Below are positions 18,337 to 27,541 of a stretch of 64,000 nucleotides of DNA, piece after piece; position 1 is the stretch's first letter, and each line of letters begins with the position of its first letter. The stretch lies in NCBI GenBank assembly GCA_965214705.1, contig CBDCCI010000002.1, positions 2,464,001 through 2,528,000 of the forward strand, read 5' to 3'. The position numbers and the translations under genes were made by a program. This DNA comes from Alphaproteobacteria bacterium (GTDB taxonomy: Bacteria; Pseudomonadota; Alphaproteobacteria; UBA828). The notes beneath the pieces were generated by a model, which was not told the DNA's origin, ran no database searches, and saw only the letters and a list, made by a program, of their open reading frames with translations.

Positions 18337-19293
18337 CTATTTCTCGCCACGGGCGCCGAGCTGGCGCGCGACGATGAGGCCGGCAACGATGAGGGCTACG
18401 CCGAGCTGCAGCAGGGTCTGGCCGTCCTCGGTGTTGAGCAGCAGGTCGACCGACTCGGGGGACGTCATGCTTTGCACCGCCAGGACCAGAGGCGGCATCA
18501 GCATCAGAACCAGGAGCGTGAGGCGGGTCTGCGCGGTGGAGGCCTTCGCCTTGAGCGCGGTCGTCCGCCTCTCGCGGAGCGTGTCCGCCAGGTTGGTGAA
18601 GGCCGTCGAGATGCTGCCGCCGGCGCGTCGTTGCAGGCGGATGACGGCAGCGAACAGCGTGAAGTCCGGGAGCCTTATCCGCTCCGAGACCATGCCGAGG
18701 GCGGTGTCGGGATCGAGGCCGGCGAGCAGCGCGTCCGTGACCTCGCGAAGGACGGGCTGCACCGGGGGCTGCGCATCCTCGGCGACACTCGAAAGCGCCT
18801 CGAGAGGAGGCAGGCCGGCCCCGGACAGGCGCACGATTTGATCGACGATCTCCGGGAATTGCTGAATGAACTGGCTCTCGAGCTTGGTCTGGAGCCGCGC
18901 CAGCGCATACCAAGCGCCGCCCACGCCGGCGAGCGCCGCGACGGGCGTGGACCACCAGCCCGACATTCCGAGCGCCCACATCCCGAGCCAAGCACCGGCG
19001 GCCGCGAGCACACCGATCGCCAACAAGCGCGGGAGGGCTCGCGGGGCATCGACCAGCGGATAGCGCGACTCGACGATCCCCAGGAGCCAGGTCAGCCGGG
19101 AACGGCGCCTAGCGGGGCGGAAAATGCTCTCCTCCGGCACGACCTCCTCGGCGGCACCGTGCCCCGAGAGCGGTGCGCCCACCCATTGGAGCCTCCGCTG
19201 GAGCGCCTTGTCCCTGCCGCCGAGCAGGAAGGCTGCGCCGAGCGGGACTGTCACGCCGGCAGCGATGAGGACGACGAGAACGAAGATGCTCAA
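18337..19293 (-). CDS. tadB: TadB inner-membrane platform protein
   Basis: FIQQFPEIVDQIVRLSGAG, QRRAGGSIS, LADTLRER. TTG start overlaps the cpaF stop. Confidence 0.92.
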   Translation of the reverse strand: MSIFVLVVLIAAGVTVPLGAAFLLGGRDKALQRRLQWVGAPLSGHGAAEEVVPEESIFRPARRRSRLTWLLGIVESRYPLVDAPRALPRLLAIGVLAAAGAWLGMWALGMSGWWSTPVAALAGVGGAWYALARLQTKLESQFIQQFPEIVDQIVRLSGAGLPPLEALSSVAEDAQPPVQPVLREVTDALLAGLDPDTALGMVSERIRLPDFTLFAAVIRLQRRAGGSISTAFTNLADTLRERRTTALKAKASTAQTRLTLLVLMLMPPLVLAVQSMTSPESVDLLLNTEDGQTLLQLGVALIVAGLIVARQLGARGEK

Positions 19294-20705
19294 CTCCCGG
19301 CCTCCCCTATCCTCGGGTCTGCCTGGAGCGCGGCCAGAAGAGGCTCGCGCATGCCGACCGCGTCGACGGCATCCATCCACGAGGGTTGGCGCCCGGAGGT
19401 CTCAAAGATGTGCTGCTCGTCGCTCGTATGGCGCCGCCGCCAAAGCTCCTCGGTGGTGACGATATCGTTCTCGATCCCGACCACATTGGTGATGCTGGTC
19501 ACGCACCGGTGCCCGGAACGGAGGCGTGCGAGTTGAACGACGATATCAACCGCAGACGCGATCTGGCGCCGGAGCGCCGAAAGGGGCATGTCGGCGCCGG
19601 CCATCATCAGCATGTTCTCGAGACGGATGAGCGCATCGCGCGGGCTGTTGGCGTGCAGGGTGCACATGGAGCCCGGGTGGCCAGTGTTCATCGCCTGGAG
19701 CATCTCAGTTGCTTCGCCGCCCCTCACCTCGCCGACGATGATGCGGTCGGGACGCATCCTGAGCGTGTTCACCAGCAGATCGCGCATGGTGACCTGGCCG
19801 GTGCCTTCCGCGCTCATCGTGCGGGTCTCGAGGCGGACGACGTGCGGCTGCTGCAGCTGGAGTTCTGCCGCGTCCTCGATAGTCACCAGCCGCTCGCCGT
19901 GGTCGATTTTCTGGGACAGCGCGTTCATGAACGTGGTCTTGCCGGAGCCGGTGCCCCCGCTGATCAGGATGTTGAGCCGCGCGCGCACGCAGACGCGGAA
20001 GAGCTCGGCCATCGCCTCCGACATGGCTCGGCGTTCCGCCATGTCTTCGAGACCGATGCCCCGCATGGTGAAGCGTCGGATGGAGATTGCAGCGCCGTCG
20101 ATGGCGAGCGGCGGTATCACGATGTTGACGCGCGAACCGTCGGGCAGGCGCGCATCGACCATGGGGCTGGATTCGTCGACCCGGCGTCCGACCCAGCCGG
20201 CGATGCGCTGAGCGATGTGAAGCAGGTGCTGCTGATCCCGGAAGCGCACGTCGACGTGCTCGAGTCGGCCCCGCCGCTCGACGTAAACGCTGTCCATGCC
20301 ATTGATCAGGATGTCCGAGACCTGGCGGTCCAGGAGCAAAGGCTCTATGGGCCCCAGCCCCTTGATGTCGTGGACGAGCTGAGTGACGACCTGCTGCCGG
20401 TCCAGCGGGCTGAGGTCGGGTAGGCCCGCTTCGCCGGTCTCGAGAAAGGCGAGGAGCTGGGCCGCCAGCCTCTCGTTGTCCAGCTCCGCGATCTTGGTCA
20501 TGTCGAGAGACTTGACGATCGTGGGGTGGATCTTGGTGACAACGTCCGATATCGCGGCGCTCGTCTTAGCGTGCTGTCGGCGGGCGTCGGGCTGCTCGGG
20601 CGCGTCGGGCAACGGCTGAGGCTGAACCGCCGGGCGCGCCGCCGACGTCGGCCTCAACGAAGCGGCGGTGGGCCGGGGACGGCGACCGAAAGCGCGGGCG
20701 ACCAT
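19290..20705 (-). CDS. cpaF: CpaF/TadA pilus ATPase
   Basis: GLGPIEPLL, DARLPDGSRVN, GGTGSGKTT, IEDAAEL, LRMRPDRIIVGEVRG, AMNTGHPGS. Confidence 0.96.
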   Translation of the reverse strand: MVARAFGRRPRPTAASLRPTSAARPAVQPQPLPDAPEQPDARRQHAKTSAAISDVVTKIHPTIVKSLDMTKIAELDNERLAAQLLAFLETGEAGLPDLSPLDRQQVVTQLVHDIKGLGPIEPLLLDRQVSDILINGMDSVYVERRGRLEHVDVRFRDQQHLLHIAQRIAGWVGRRVDESSPMVDARLPDGSRVNIVIPPLAIDGAAISIRRFTMRGIGLEDMAERRAMSEAMAELFRVCVRARLNILISGGTGSGKTTFMNALSQKIDHGERLVTIEDAAELQLQQPHVVRLETRTMSAEGTGQVTMRDLLVNTLRMRPDRIIVGEVRGGEATEMLQAMNTGHPGSMCTLHANSPRDALIRLENMLMMAGADMPLSALRRQIASAVDIVVQLARLRSGHRCVTSITNVVGIENDIVTTEELWRRRHTSDEQHIFETSGRQPSWMDAVDAVGMREPLLAALQADPRIGEAGS

Positions 20706-20707
20706 AG

Positions 20708-23440
20708 TCAGGAACTCATGGGCGGAGAGGTCGCGACGCCTGCGCCGATGCGGCGCGAGGGCTCAAGGAGCCTGTCGGTCAGCGCCCTCACGGGCTTGCG
20801 GAGAGAGCGGGGCAGGCGGGACTGAGGCCAGCCCCGATCGGCGGCCTCTGGCAGTTCCGGCTCGAACGGGATCAAGAAATCGGGCGCAATCGCGAGACCC
20901 GCGCTACGCAGCGCGCGTGCGCCTCCGCCACGCTTGAAGGCGCGTGTATGGTTCTGAACGAACAGCAGCGGCGGGTCCGCACCCAGCAGGCTCATGGTGT
21001 GGCCGAGGGGGGCGACGTTTGCTGCGGTCGGCTCTGCGACAAAGACGCGCGCGTCCAACTCGGATGAGGAAGAGAAGCGAAACGCCGGCTCATCCAGGCC
21101 ATCGACCAGGACGAGCTGCGAGCGATCCCGCAGCACGGCAAGCAACGATTCCAAGGCCTCCCGCGAGGGGACTGCGGGGAGGGTCGGGTTCCAACGATGG
21201 GCATAGACATGAATCCTGTCGGAGCGCTGGGTACAGACACCCTCCACCATCTCTGGATCGGGCGTGCCTCTTCCTGCGGCTTCGAGGAGCTGGTCGAGAC
21301 CGGCAGCCGGTTCTACGCCAAGGGTGAGCGCCGCCGCCGCGACGGAGCGGTCTAGATCGAGCACCGAGACGTAGCAGCCGCGCTCAGCCGCCTGCAGCGC
21401 CGCCGCTGCCAGCACTGTCGTGGTCCCGCTGCCGCCGCAGCCGACGAACCCGGCCACGCAGCCTCCTGAGCGGCGGGTCGCCGCATCCGGGCCGGCACGG
21501 TGCGCGGCGGCACGCACCGCTTCCGCCGTCAGCGGCTTGGCCAGGTAGTCGCTGACGCCCGCAAGCAGCAGTTCTCGGCCGGGCCGCGCTGTGTTGTCGG
21601 AGCCCAGGGCAATCACGACGGTGCCCACCTCGCAGACCGCCGCAAGCTCGTGGATGGCGCCGGCCGGATACGCGATGCGGTCGATGTCCACGAAGATGAG
21701 TGGAGCCGAATGTCCTTCCTTCAACGCGCCAATGGCCGCGCCGAGCCCGCCTTGCCACACTTGCGGATCGCCGTAGCCGGGCGAGAAACCCTCGTAACCC
21801 AACAAGCCGTCGCGGAGCGCTGCCTCGGTGTCCGGGTCGGCTGCGAAGGCGAGCGCACGAGAGGGCCCGGGGGGGACGGTCTCGAACGGAATGTCGTGCA
21901 GTTCGGCGGCGTTCTCAGTGTCAGGCACATCGGAACGCGCGACGCTCTTGTCGGGCGGGCCGCCGTCGAAGGCGGTCTCAGCAATGGGTATCTCAAGGCT
22001 GTCGTCAATCTCTATGGGATGCTCGTCGCCTGCCCCGCTGCCGGATGCGGGAGAGGACGGGCCGAGGTCGTCGGACGAGACGGACGGCTCGTCGACGATG
22101 CTGCGGAGCAGCCCTTCGTTCAGAGGGCCTTCGGCCGGTGCGGCCGGCGCTTTGGCCCGGTCGAGTGCCGCGGAAGCCGTTCCGCTGCCGCCATCAGCGC
22201 GCTCAACGTCGGATTCGGGGACGGGCGGGACTGTCTCTTCGGGCAAAGGTGCCGTCTCGGCTGTACGATCCGCACGTGGAGCCCCGTCCACGGCCGGCGC
22301 TGCGGCCGCATCCGGGCGGGGCGCGGCATCATGCGCTGTGATGTCGTCGAACTTGGAATCGTCCGAATCGTCCCGGTCGGACGAGACCGCCGGTGCGTTC
22401 GCAAGCTGCCGGAGGTATCCGTCGTCAATGTCGGCGGCCGCGCCGCCGCTGAGATCCGGCAAGGCGATGACGGTCGGTTCGGGGTCTTCGTAGGGCGGAC
22501 GCTTGCCATCGGCGGAACCCTCGAAGCCACGAGGAGCAGCCGGTTCAGGCGATTCGGCCCCGAGGACGGATGACGCATCGCCGAATGGTGCGCCGAAGTC
22601 GGGCACGGACGCTTCGACCCAAGTGGACGGGTCGGACAGCGCGTCGGCGATTCGGTCGAGAGAGGACGTTTCGCGGTCGGGATCGTTCTCGTGGAGTTCC
22701 GCGGTAAAAGCACCTGTGCCGCTGTCCGAATCCGCGTCTTGAGGGTAGGGAGCTGCCCCGGCACCCGACTCGTCCCCGGCGTCGCGATCGACCGCATCGC
22801 CGTGTGTCGCACGCGCGGACTCTGCGTGTGTCGCGGACTGCCCGGAGAGGTCTGAAGAGGCGCCGGCCATTCCTGGGGAGAGGACGCCATCCGAGTCGGC
22901 TTGGTCTCCGGCGTGCGTCGCGTCGGCGGAAGCGGTTAGTAGGATGGTGTCCGCGAGGTCAGAGTCTTCGCGCGATCTGCCGCCTTTGGCCCCGCGAGTG
23001 GAGAGCGTCTCGGAGGTGACGGAGGGAGCGTCGGCGGTCCCATCCGGCGGCGCGGAGCTGAGTTGGAAGGCGCTCACACCGGTTGAAGAAGCCGGCGAAC
23101 CAAGCGCCACTGTATCGTGAGTGTCCGGCTCCCTGCCCGGCATGGGTGGAATGTCGATGGCAGATTCGGTGATTGGGGCGAGCGGGCAGGAGGGAGCCAT
23201 GCCGGCGCGCGAACCGTCGAGGGAGGCCGAAGCCTCGGAGTCGGCCTTCGAGCTCGCGGATGCAGCCGAGAAGTCCGCGGAATCTTGATCGTCGGCGGAC
23301 GCACGCATTGGGTTCTCGGGTAGCGCTCCGTTGCCGTGCGGGTCGGCCTCCTCGTGACGGGCGCGGGCAGACGGGTCCATCGAGTCTGGCTTCAACGCCA
23401 GCGGACGCGCAGCTGTCGACCGGGAGGAGTGAAAGGCCAT
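20708..23440 (-). CDS. cpaE: CpaE/TadZ-like protein with very long acidic N-terminal extension
   Basis: C-terminal REC-like domain (LIFVDID, GVSDYLAKPL) and MinD-like domain (GCGGSGTTT, VLDLD); lies directly before cpaF. Confidence 0.8.
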   Translation of the reverse strand: MAFHSSRSTAARPLALKPDSMDPSARARHEEADPHGNGALPENPMRASADDQDSADFSAASASSKADSEASASLDGSRAGMAPSCPLAPITESAIDIPPMPGREPDTHDTVALGSPASSTGVSAFQLSSAPPDGTADAPSVTSETLSTRGAKGGRSREDSDLADTILLTASADATHAGDQADSDGVLSPGMAGASSDLSGQSATHAESARATHGDAVDRDAGDESGAGAAPYPQDADSDSGTGAFTAELHENDPDRETSSLDRIADALSDPSTWVEASVPDFGAPFGDASSVLGAESPEPAAPRGFEGSADGKRPPYEDPEPTVIALPDLSGGAAADIDDGYLRQLANAPAVSSDRDDSDDSKFDDITAHDAAPRPDAAAAPAVDGAPRADRTAETAPLPEETVPPVPESDVERADGGSGTASAALDRAKAPAAPAEGPLNEGLLRSIVDEPSVSSDDLGPSSPASGSGAGDEHPIEIDDSLEIPIAETAFDGGPPDKSVARSDVPDTENAAELHDIPFETVPPGPSRALAFAADPDTEAALRDGLLGYEGFSPGYGDPQVWQGGLGAAIGALKEGHSAPLIFVDIDRIAYPAGAIHELAAVCEVGTVVIALGSDNTARPGRELLLAGVSDYLAKPLTAEAVRAAAHRAGPDAATRRSGGCVAGFVGCGGSGTTTVLAAAALQAAERGCYVSVLDLDRSVAAAALTLGVEPAAGLDQLLEAAGRGTPDPEMVEGVCTQRSDRIHVYAHRWNPTLPAVPSREALESLLAVLRDRSQLVLVDGLDEPAFRFSSSSELDARVFVAEPTAANVAPLGHTMSLLGADPPLLFVQNHTRAFKRGGGARALRSAGLAIAPDFLIPFEPELPEAADRGWPQSRLPRSLRKPVRALTDRLLEPSRRIGAGVATSPPMSS

Positions 23441-23682
23441 GGCCGTGCGTCCGGGTGAAATGTCTTGATCAGCTCAGTACAAGGAGCCCAGGGGGGAGGC
23501 GTGTAGGCCCCCCTCCTGGGAAAGTGTTAGGGATGGGAAACTACGGAAATGTGTGTGCAAAACTCTATTCAGTGTCGTCATCGTTAATTCTGCCTCAAAT
23601 TCCGTTGCAAACGAGGGACTCAGAAAGCGTATGTTCCAGTCGTTTCACACTTGAATGGCGGCAATTATCTGGTCGAATCCAC

Positions 23683-23889
23683 CTATTCTTCGATTACTAC
23701 GTCTGGCGTTTCGATGGCCGCAACATTTGTGCCCAACTGAACAATCGGTTCGTTGATGTCGTCCGAAAACGCGATCAGAACACCCCCGATGCCGGCCAGG
23801 ATGAAGCCCAGGAGAATCGAGTGCTCCAGGGCCGATACGCCCCTTCCGGTTCGCAGAAACAGACCGCAGCGCTTCAGCCATGCTCTCAT
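23683..23889 (-). CDS. Flp family pilin (variant)
   Basis: RG|VSALEHSILLGFILAGIGGVL: Gly-1, Glu+5, His in place of Tyr+6. Confidence 0.75.
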   Translation of the reverse strand: MRAWLKRCGLFLRTGRGVSALEHSILLGFILAGIGGVLIAFSDDINEPIVQLGTNVAAIETPDVVIEE

Positions 23890-23932
23890 GTCGATGCCCG
23901 GATCGATCGAGGAGGAGTCCCGGATGCGCCGT

Positions 23933-23961
23933 TGGGGGCGGCGTAGCGGATGCCGCCCCCA
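23933..23961. terminator. Hairpin between the two flp genes (stabiliser or partial terminator)
   Basis: TGGGGGCGGC...GCCGCCCCCA 10-bp perfect stem, no clear U-tract. Confidence 0.45.
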
Positions 23962-24007
23962 GGCCGCATGACAGCAGTCAGCCGATTAGCTCAGAGGCCA
24001 TGAAACA

Positions 24008-24232
24008 CTATTGCCCTGCCGCCAGATTGCCTTGGCTGACGGTACCCGTGCCTTGTGTCACCTTGGTTCCGACCGCTTCGATCGCGTCTTCGACGTCCCC
24101 GGTGAAGACGGCGAGCGCCCCTCCGACTCCGGCGACGACGACGCCGACGATGATGGCGTATTCGAGAGCCGATACGGCCTCCTGGGCACGGACGAAGCGG
24201 CCGAGAAAACGCAGCATGGTCTTCAACTTCAT
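24008..24232 (-). CDS. flp: Flp family type IVb pilin
   Basis: GGAGG RBS; EA|VSALEYAIIVGVVVAGVGGAL Flp motif; 74 aa. Confidence 0.9.
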   Translation of the reverse strand: MKLKTMLRFLGRFVRAQEAVSALEYAIIVGVVVAGVGGALAVFTGDVEDAIEAVGTKVTQGTGTVSQGNLAAGQ

Positions 24233-24443
24233 GAGATCCTCCACTAAACGGTTGCCGGCGAGCCGCACCGGCGCGGTGATGAGGACCGGGAGAGTTTTCC
24301 GATGCTCCCAGTCCGAAGCTGAGGACGCGGAATTGAGGTACGTCCGCCGTCCTGTGTTCCTTGCAGGTGCACGCGATGTGCCGCAGCCGGGGATGGCCGA
24401 GACATCGCGTGCCTTAACCGCGTCGTCTGAAGTTTCGTCATCG

Positions 24444-25287
24444 TCACGCGACCTCCGGCACCGCTGTAGGCGCGGCTGCGACGGGCGAATCGAGGGATGC
24501 CCATCGGGCAGGTGCGCCGTCCTCGGAGGCTTTGGATTCGACGGGGCTCGGCTCCGTCGACTCTTCGGAGTCCTGCGCTGGTGCGTACACCGGCTGCGCC
24601 GGCGCCTGTTCCGTGTTGCGCGCCGGCAGTGCGTGGAGACGGTAGATGTTGCCCGTGACGAACCGGCTTGTAAGCATTCCCTGGCGAAGCAGCTTGGCGC
24701 AGACCTCGACGACGACGACCACATCGTTGGGCGCGAGGACAATGCTGCGCTCTTCGCCTTGGCCCAGCAGGGAACGGCGCCAGCCTTGCTGGCTGCGGAG
24801 CTCGCACTCTTGGGCGAGGGCCGCCGTTTCCTCTGCGTCGCCGATCCGGATCGAGTCGTCTTCCCAGAGCGCCACAGCCGCCGCATCGTCACCGGGCGGC
24901 TGCTGGACCGCGGAAATTCTATAGACCAGCTCGGCGGGCGCGCTGAACTCCCTCTCGTGAAGATCGCGACCCAGCGCGGCCATCTGGTCGCCGTCTGGAG
25001 CCGTCTCGACCGATACGTAGTCCGCCATCGTGGTTGCGATGCGGGCGCCGGCGGTGCGGGCCGCCACGAGGGAATAAACGTCGAGGGCGACCGCGGCGAT
25101 GGCCAGCAACACGACCGCGCCGATCGCGAGCTCGATTCCGGCCGAGGCTCGGCCGTCGCGCGCGAACCGCGATAGAGAGGCCGGAAGTGTCCCGGCGGAG
25201 GTTGGCCCGCTGTTGCGGCTGAAGCGGCGCGCGCGCGATGGCCGAGACATCGTATACGGGGATCGCGACTTCCGAAGTCTCGTCATC
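24444..25287 (-). CDS. TadE/TadF-like pseudopilin
   Basis: RFARDGRA|SAGIELAIGAVVLLAIAAV followed by TTMADYVS. Start uncertain. Confidence 0.75.
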
Positions 25288-25288
25288 G

Positions 25289-26107
25289 TTACGCGACTTC
25301 CGTCAACGCTTGAGGCGCGGAGCCGAGGGGTGCTGCGCGGGATGCCCATCGTGCACTTGCGCCGTCGCGGGAGGCTGAGGGTTCGCTCGGTTGCTCCTCT
25401 GTGGATTCCTCGGACTCCGATTCCCCGTCTGTCGACTCCTCGGACTCCGATTCGTCATCTGCCGCTTGCGCGGGAACCTGGATTGCCGGTTCGCGACGGG
25501 CGACTCCTGTGGCCATCCCCGCGCCGGAGCCCCCCAGCAACTCCGCGGCGTGTGCCCAGGGCAGCTGGCTCCAACCGAGTTCGACCAGAACCATGTCGCC
25601 GGTTTCGCCACCGGAATTGACACCGGTGGCAAGCGCCGTCGGCGTCAGGCCCGTCGTGATGGTGACGGTCCAGGCTGCGGCGCAGTCGAAGTCGGCCTCG
25701 AGGTCGAGCTCCTGCCTGATGGCTGCGCACGCAATGCCGGCAAGCGCGGCCTGGCTCGCCGAAGTGTCTGTTTCCAGAGCAACGGCGCGGGCAGCGGCGC
25801 GGGCGGCACGACCCATGCGGTCGTCGGTGTATGCGGCGTGCACGATCGCCATGAGGCCGCCGAACAAGACGACGAGCACGGCGATCGCCATCGCCGACTC
25901 GACTGCCACTCCACCGCGCTCGACACGCAAGAACGTGGCTATCAGAGGCCGCACTGGCAGCCGGCATGGCACTTGGCCGCAACCGGGGTACAGCGTCGGA
26001 AGGGCCCGAGCCTGCGGCTCGAAACCCGAAACTTCTGGGGCGACCTCCAGCCCCTTTGGGGCGTCGCGCAGCCCGATTCCGGTGAATGTACTGGCTAACA
26101 TTCTCAA
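25289..26107 (-). CDS. TadE-like pseudopilin
   Basis: ERG|GVAVESAMAIAVLVVLFGGLM...RAARAAARA. True start is probably near 25950-25975. Confidence 0.75.
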   Translation of the reverse strand: MRMLASTFTGIGLRDAPKGLEVAPEVSGFEPQARALPTLYPGCGQVPCRLPVRPLIATFLRVERGGVAVESAMAIAVLVVLFGGLMAIVHAAYTDDRMGRAARAAARAVALETDTSASQAALAGIACAAIRQELDLEADFDCAAAWTVTITTGLTPTALATGVNSGGETGDMVLVELGWSQLPWAHAAELLGGSGAGMATGVARREPAIQVPAQAADDESESEESTDGESESEESTEEQPSEPSASRDGASARWASRAAPLGSAPQALTEVA

Positions 26108-26292
26108 CCGGTGCTACTCTAATTGTTGCGAATGGCCGGCAACTAATGACCAAGCCCGATTCCTAAAACAAGGGATTATTTCTCAATGATGACACCAAAA
26201 TCGCTGAATAATGAAGGAATTGGAACGAACCATTGCGCGAATATGATCAGTGGAGCATTCGGCAATTGTTTCTATAAAGGAAAGATAGAAAC

Positions 26293-26928
26293 GTGAGCGA
26301 CCTGCCATCCCTCAACGCATTGCGCGCCTTCGACGCCGTGGCGCGCTTGCACTCGGTCACCGCGGCAGCCGCAGAACTCTCCGTCACGCCCAGCGCGATC
26401 AGCCGTCAGATCAGCAACCTGGAGGAGGAGATTGGCATTGCCCTTTTGACACGTAATGGCCGCGGTGTGCGCCTCACGGACGACGGAAAGCGATTGGAGG
26501 GAGGTCTGGCCGGCGCCTTCGACCAGATCGCCGACGCCGTCAGCGGGCTACGTCGACCGGCGTCTGTCAAGCCGCTCCGTATCGTCGTTCCGCCGATGCT
26601 CGCGTCAGTCTGGCTAATTCCCCGACTCGACCGGTTCACTGTGCAACACCCCGGGACCGACATCATTCTCGTCGACAGCGAAGAGCAGGCGGAGATCGCG
26701 GCCCGCTCCGACTGCGCGATCGGCTGGGGACGCTTCCAGGACAGTGCCACGATGGTCGCCGAGCGCATGACTCCCTCGGAGCAGGTGTTCCCCGTGTGCC
26801 GGCCGGATGTGTGCGAAGCTGTCGGGCTCAAAGGCGTAACGCTCCTGGAGCTCGAAACGACTGCATACGCGCAAGACTGGCCGGACTGGTTCGCATTCAT
26901 GACGGCAATCGGCCTGGACCTTTCCTAG
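26293..26928 (+). pseudogene. GcvA-like LysR regulator, C-terminally truncated (211 aa)
   Basis: LPSLNALRAFDAVARLHSVTAAAAELSVTPSAISRQISNLEE; stops partway through the effector domain. Confidence 0.8.
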
Positions 26929-27541
26929 CCACGTCCCTCGTTTAGCATCTCGACACACACATCGCCAAGTTGAGGCATGTGCGCTGCGGGGATTATCGAG
27001 CGTGCAACATTGATCTGAAGCGTTCGGATACCTTCGCGTTGAAGACACCCGGAGGTGGGGGCTACGGGCCATGTTGAAATGCCGTGTGGCGCGTCCCGAG
27101 GGCTTCCGACGCGGCGCGCAGCGCCGGAGATACTCGTCCGCGAACTCCGCCACCCATGCTGAGAAACCGAAGAATAAGGGGTCAAGCGAATCATCGCTTC
27201 TTCTGTGACCGGTTCCAAGAACCAGTTTGTGAGTCCGGTTCAAGCGGCATTATCGGTCGCGCCGACGCGTTCGCGGTTTTCACCGACCTCTGCGGCGCGC
27301 TTCAAGCGACCCTGTCTGCGCATTATTAGCGATTCGGAGCAGCAACCTCTTCATCCACAAATCACAATCTAGACATGACTTTGTGAATATAACGTGTCCT
27401 GTTGAAAACAATTTGTGCTTTTATCGTGCCTCCGCTGCCAGAGAGCGTTACTCTATTACCCTGCGCGCCCGGCTTCGGCCGGCGCTCCTGCACCGTCGCC
27501 CATGCGCGCCGGCGTCTGTCCCATTCCGCACGGATACGCCA

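Noticed and set aside
24233-24892. 294-aa ORF ending in the Flp motif as a giant pilin
   Set aside because: The upstream part is an off-frame read of the pseudopilin gene, and a GGAGG RBS marks the start at 24232.
26929-27380. Short minus-strand ORFs as a transposase remnant that truncated the LysR
   Set aside because: No convincing motif or inverted repeat is visible; a translated search would be needed.
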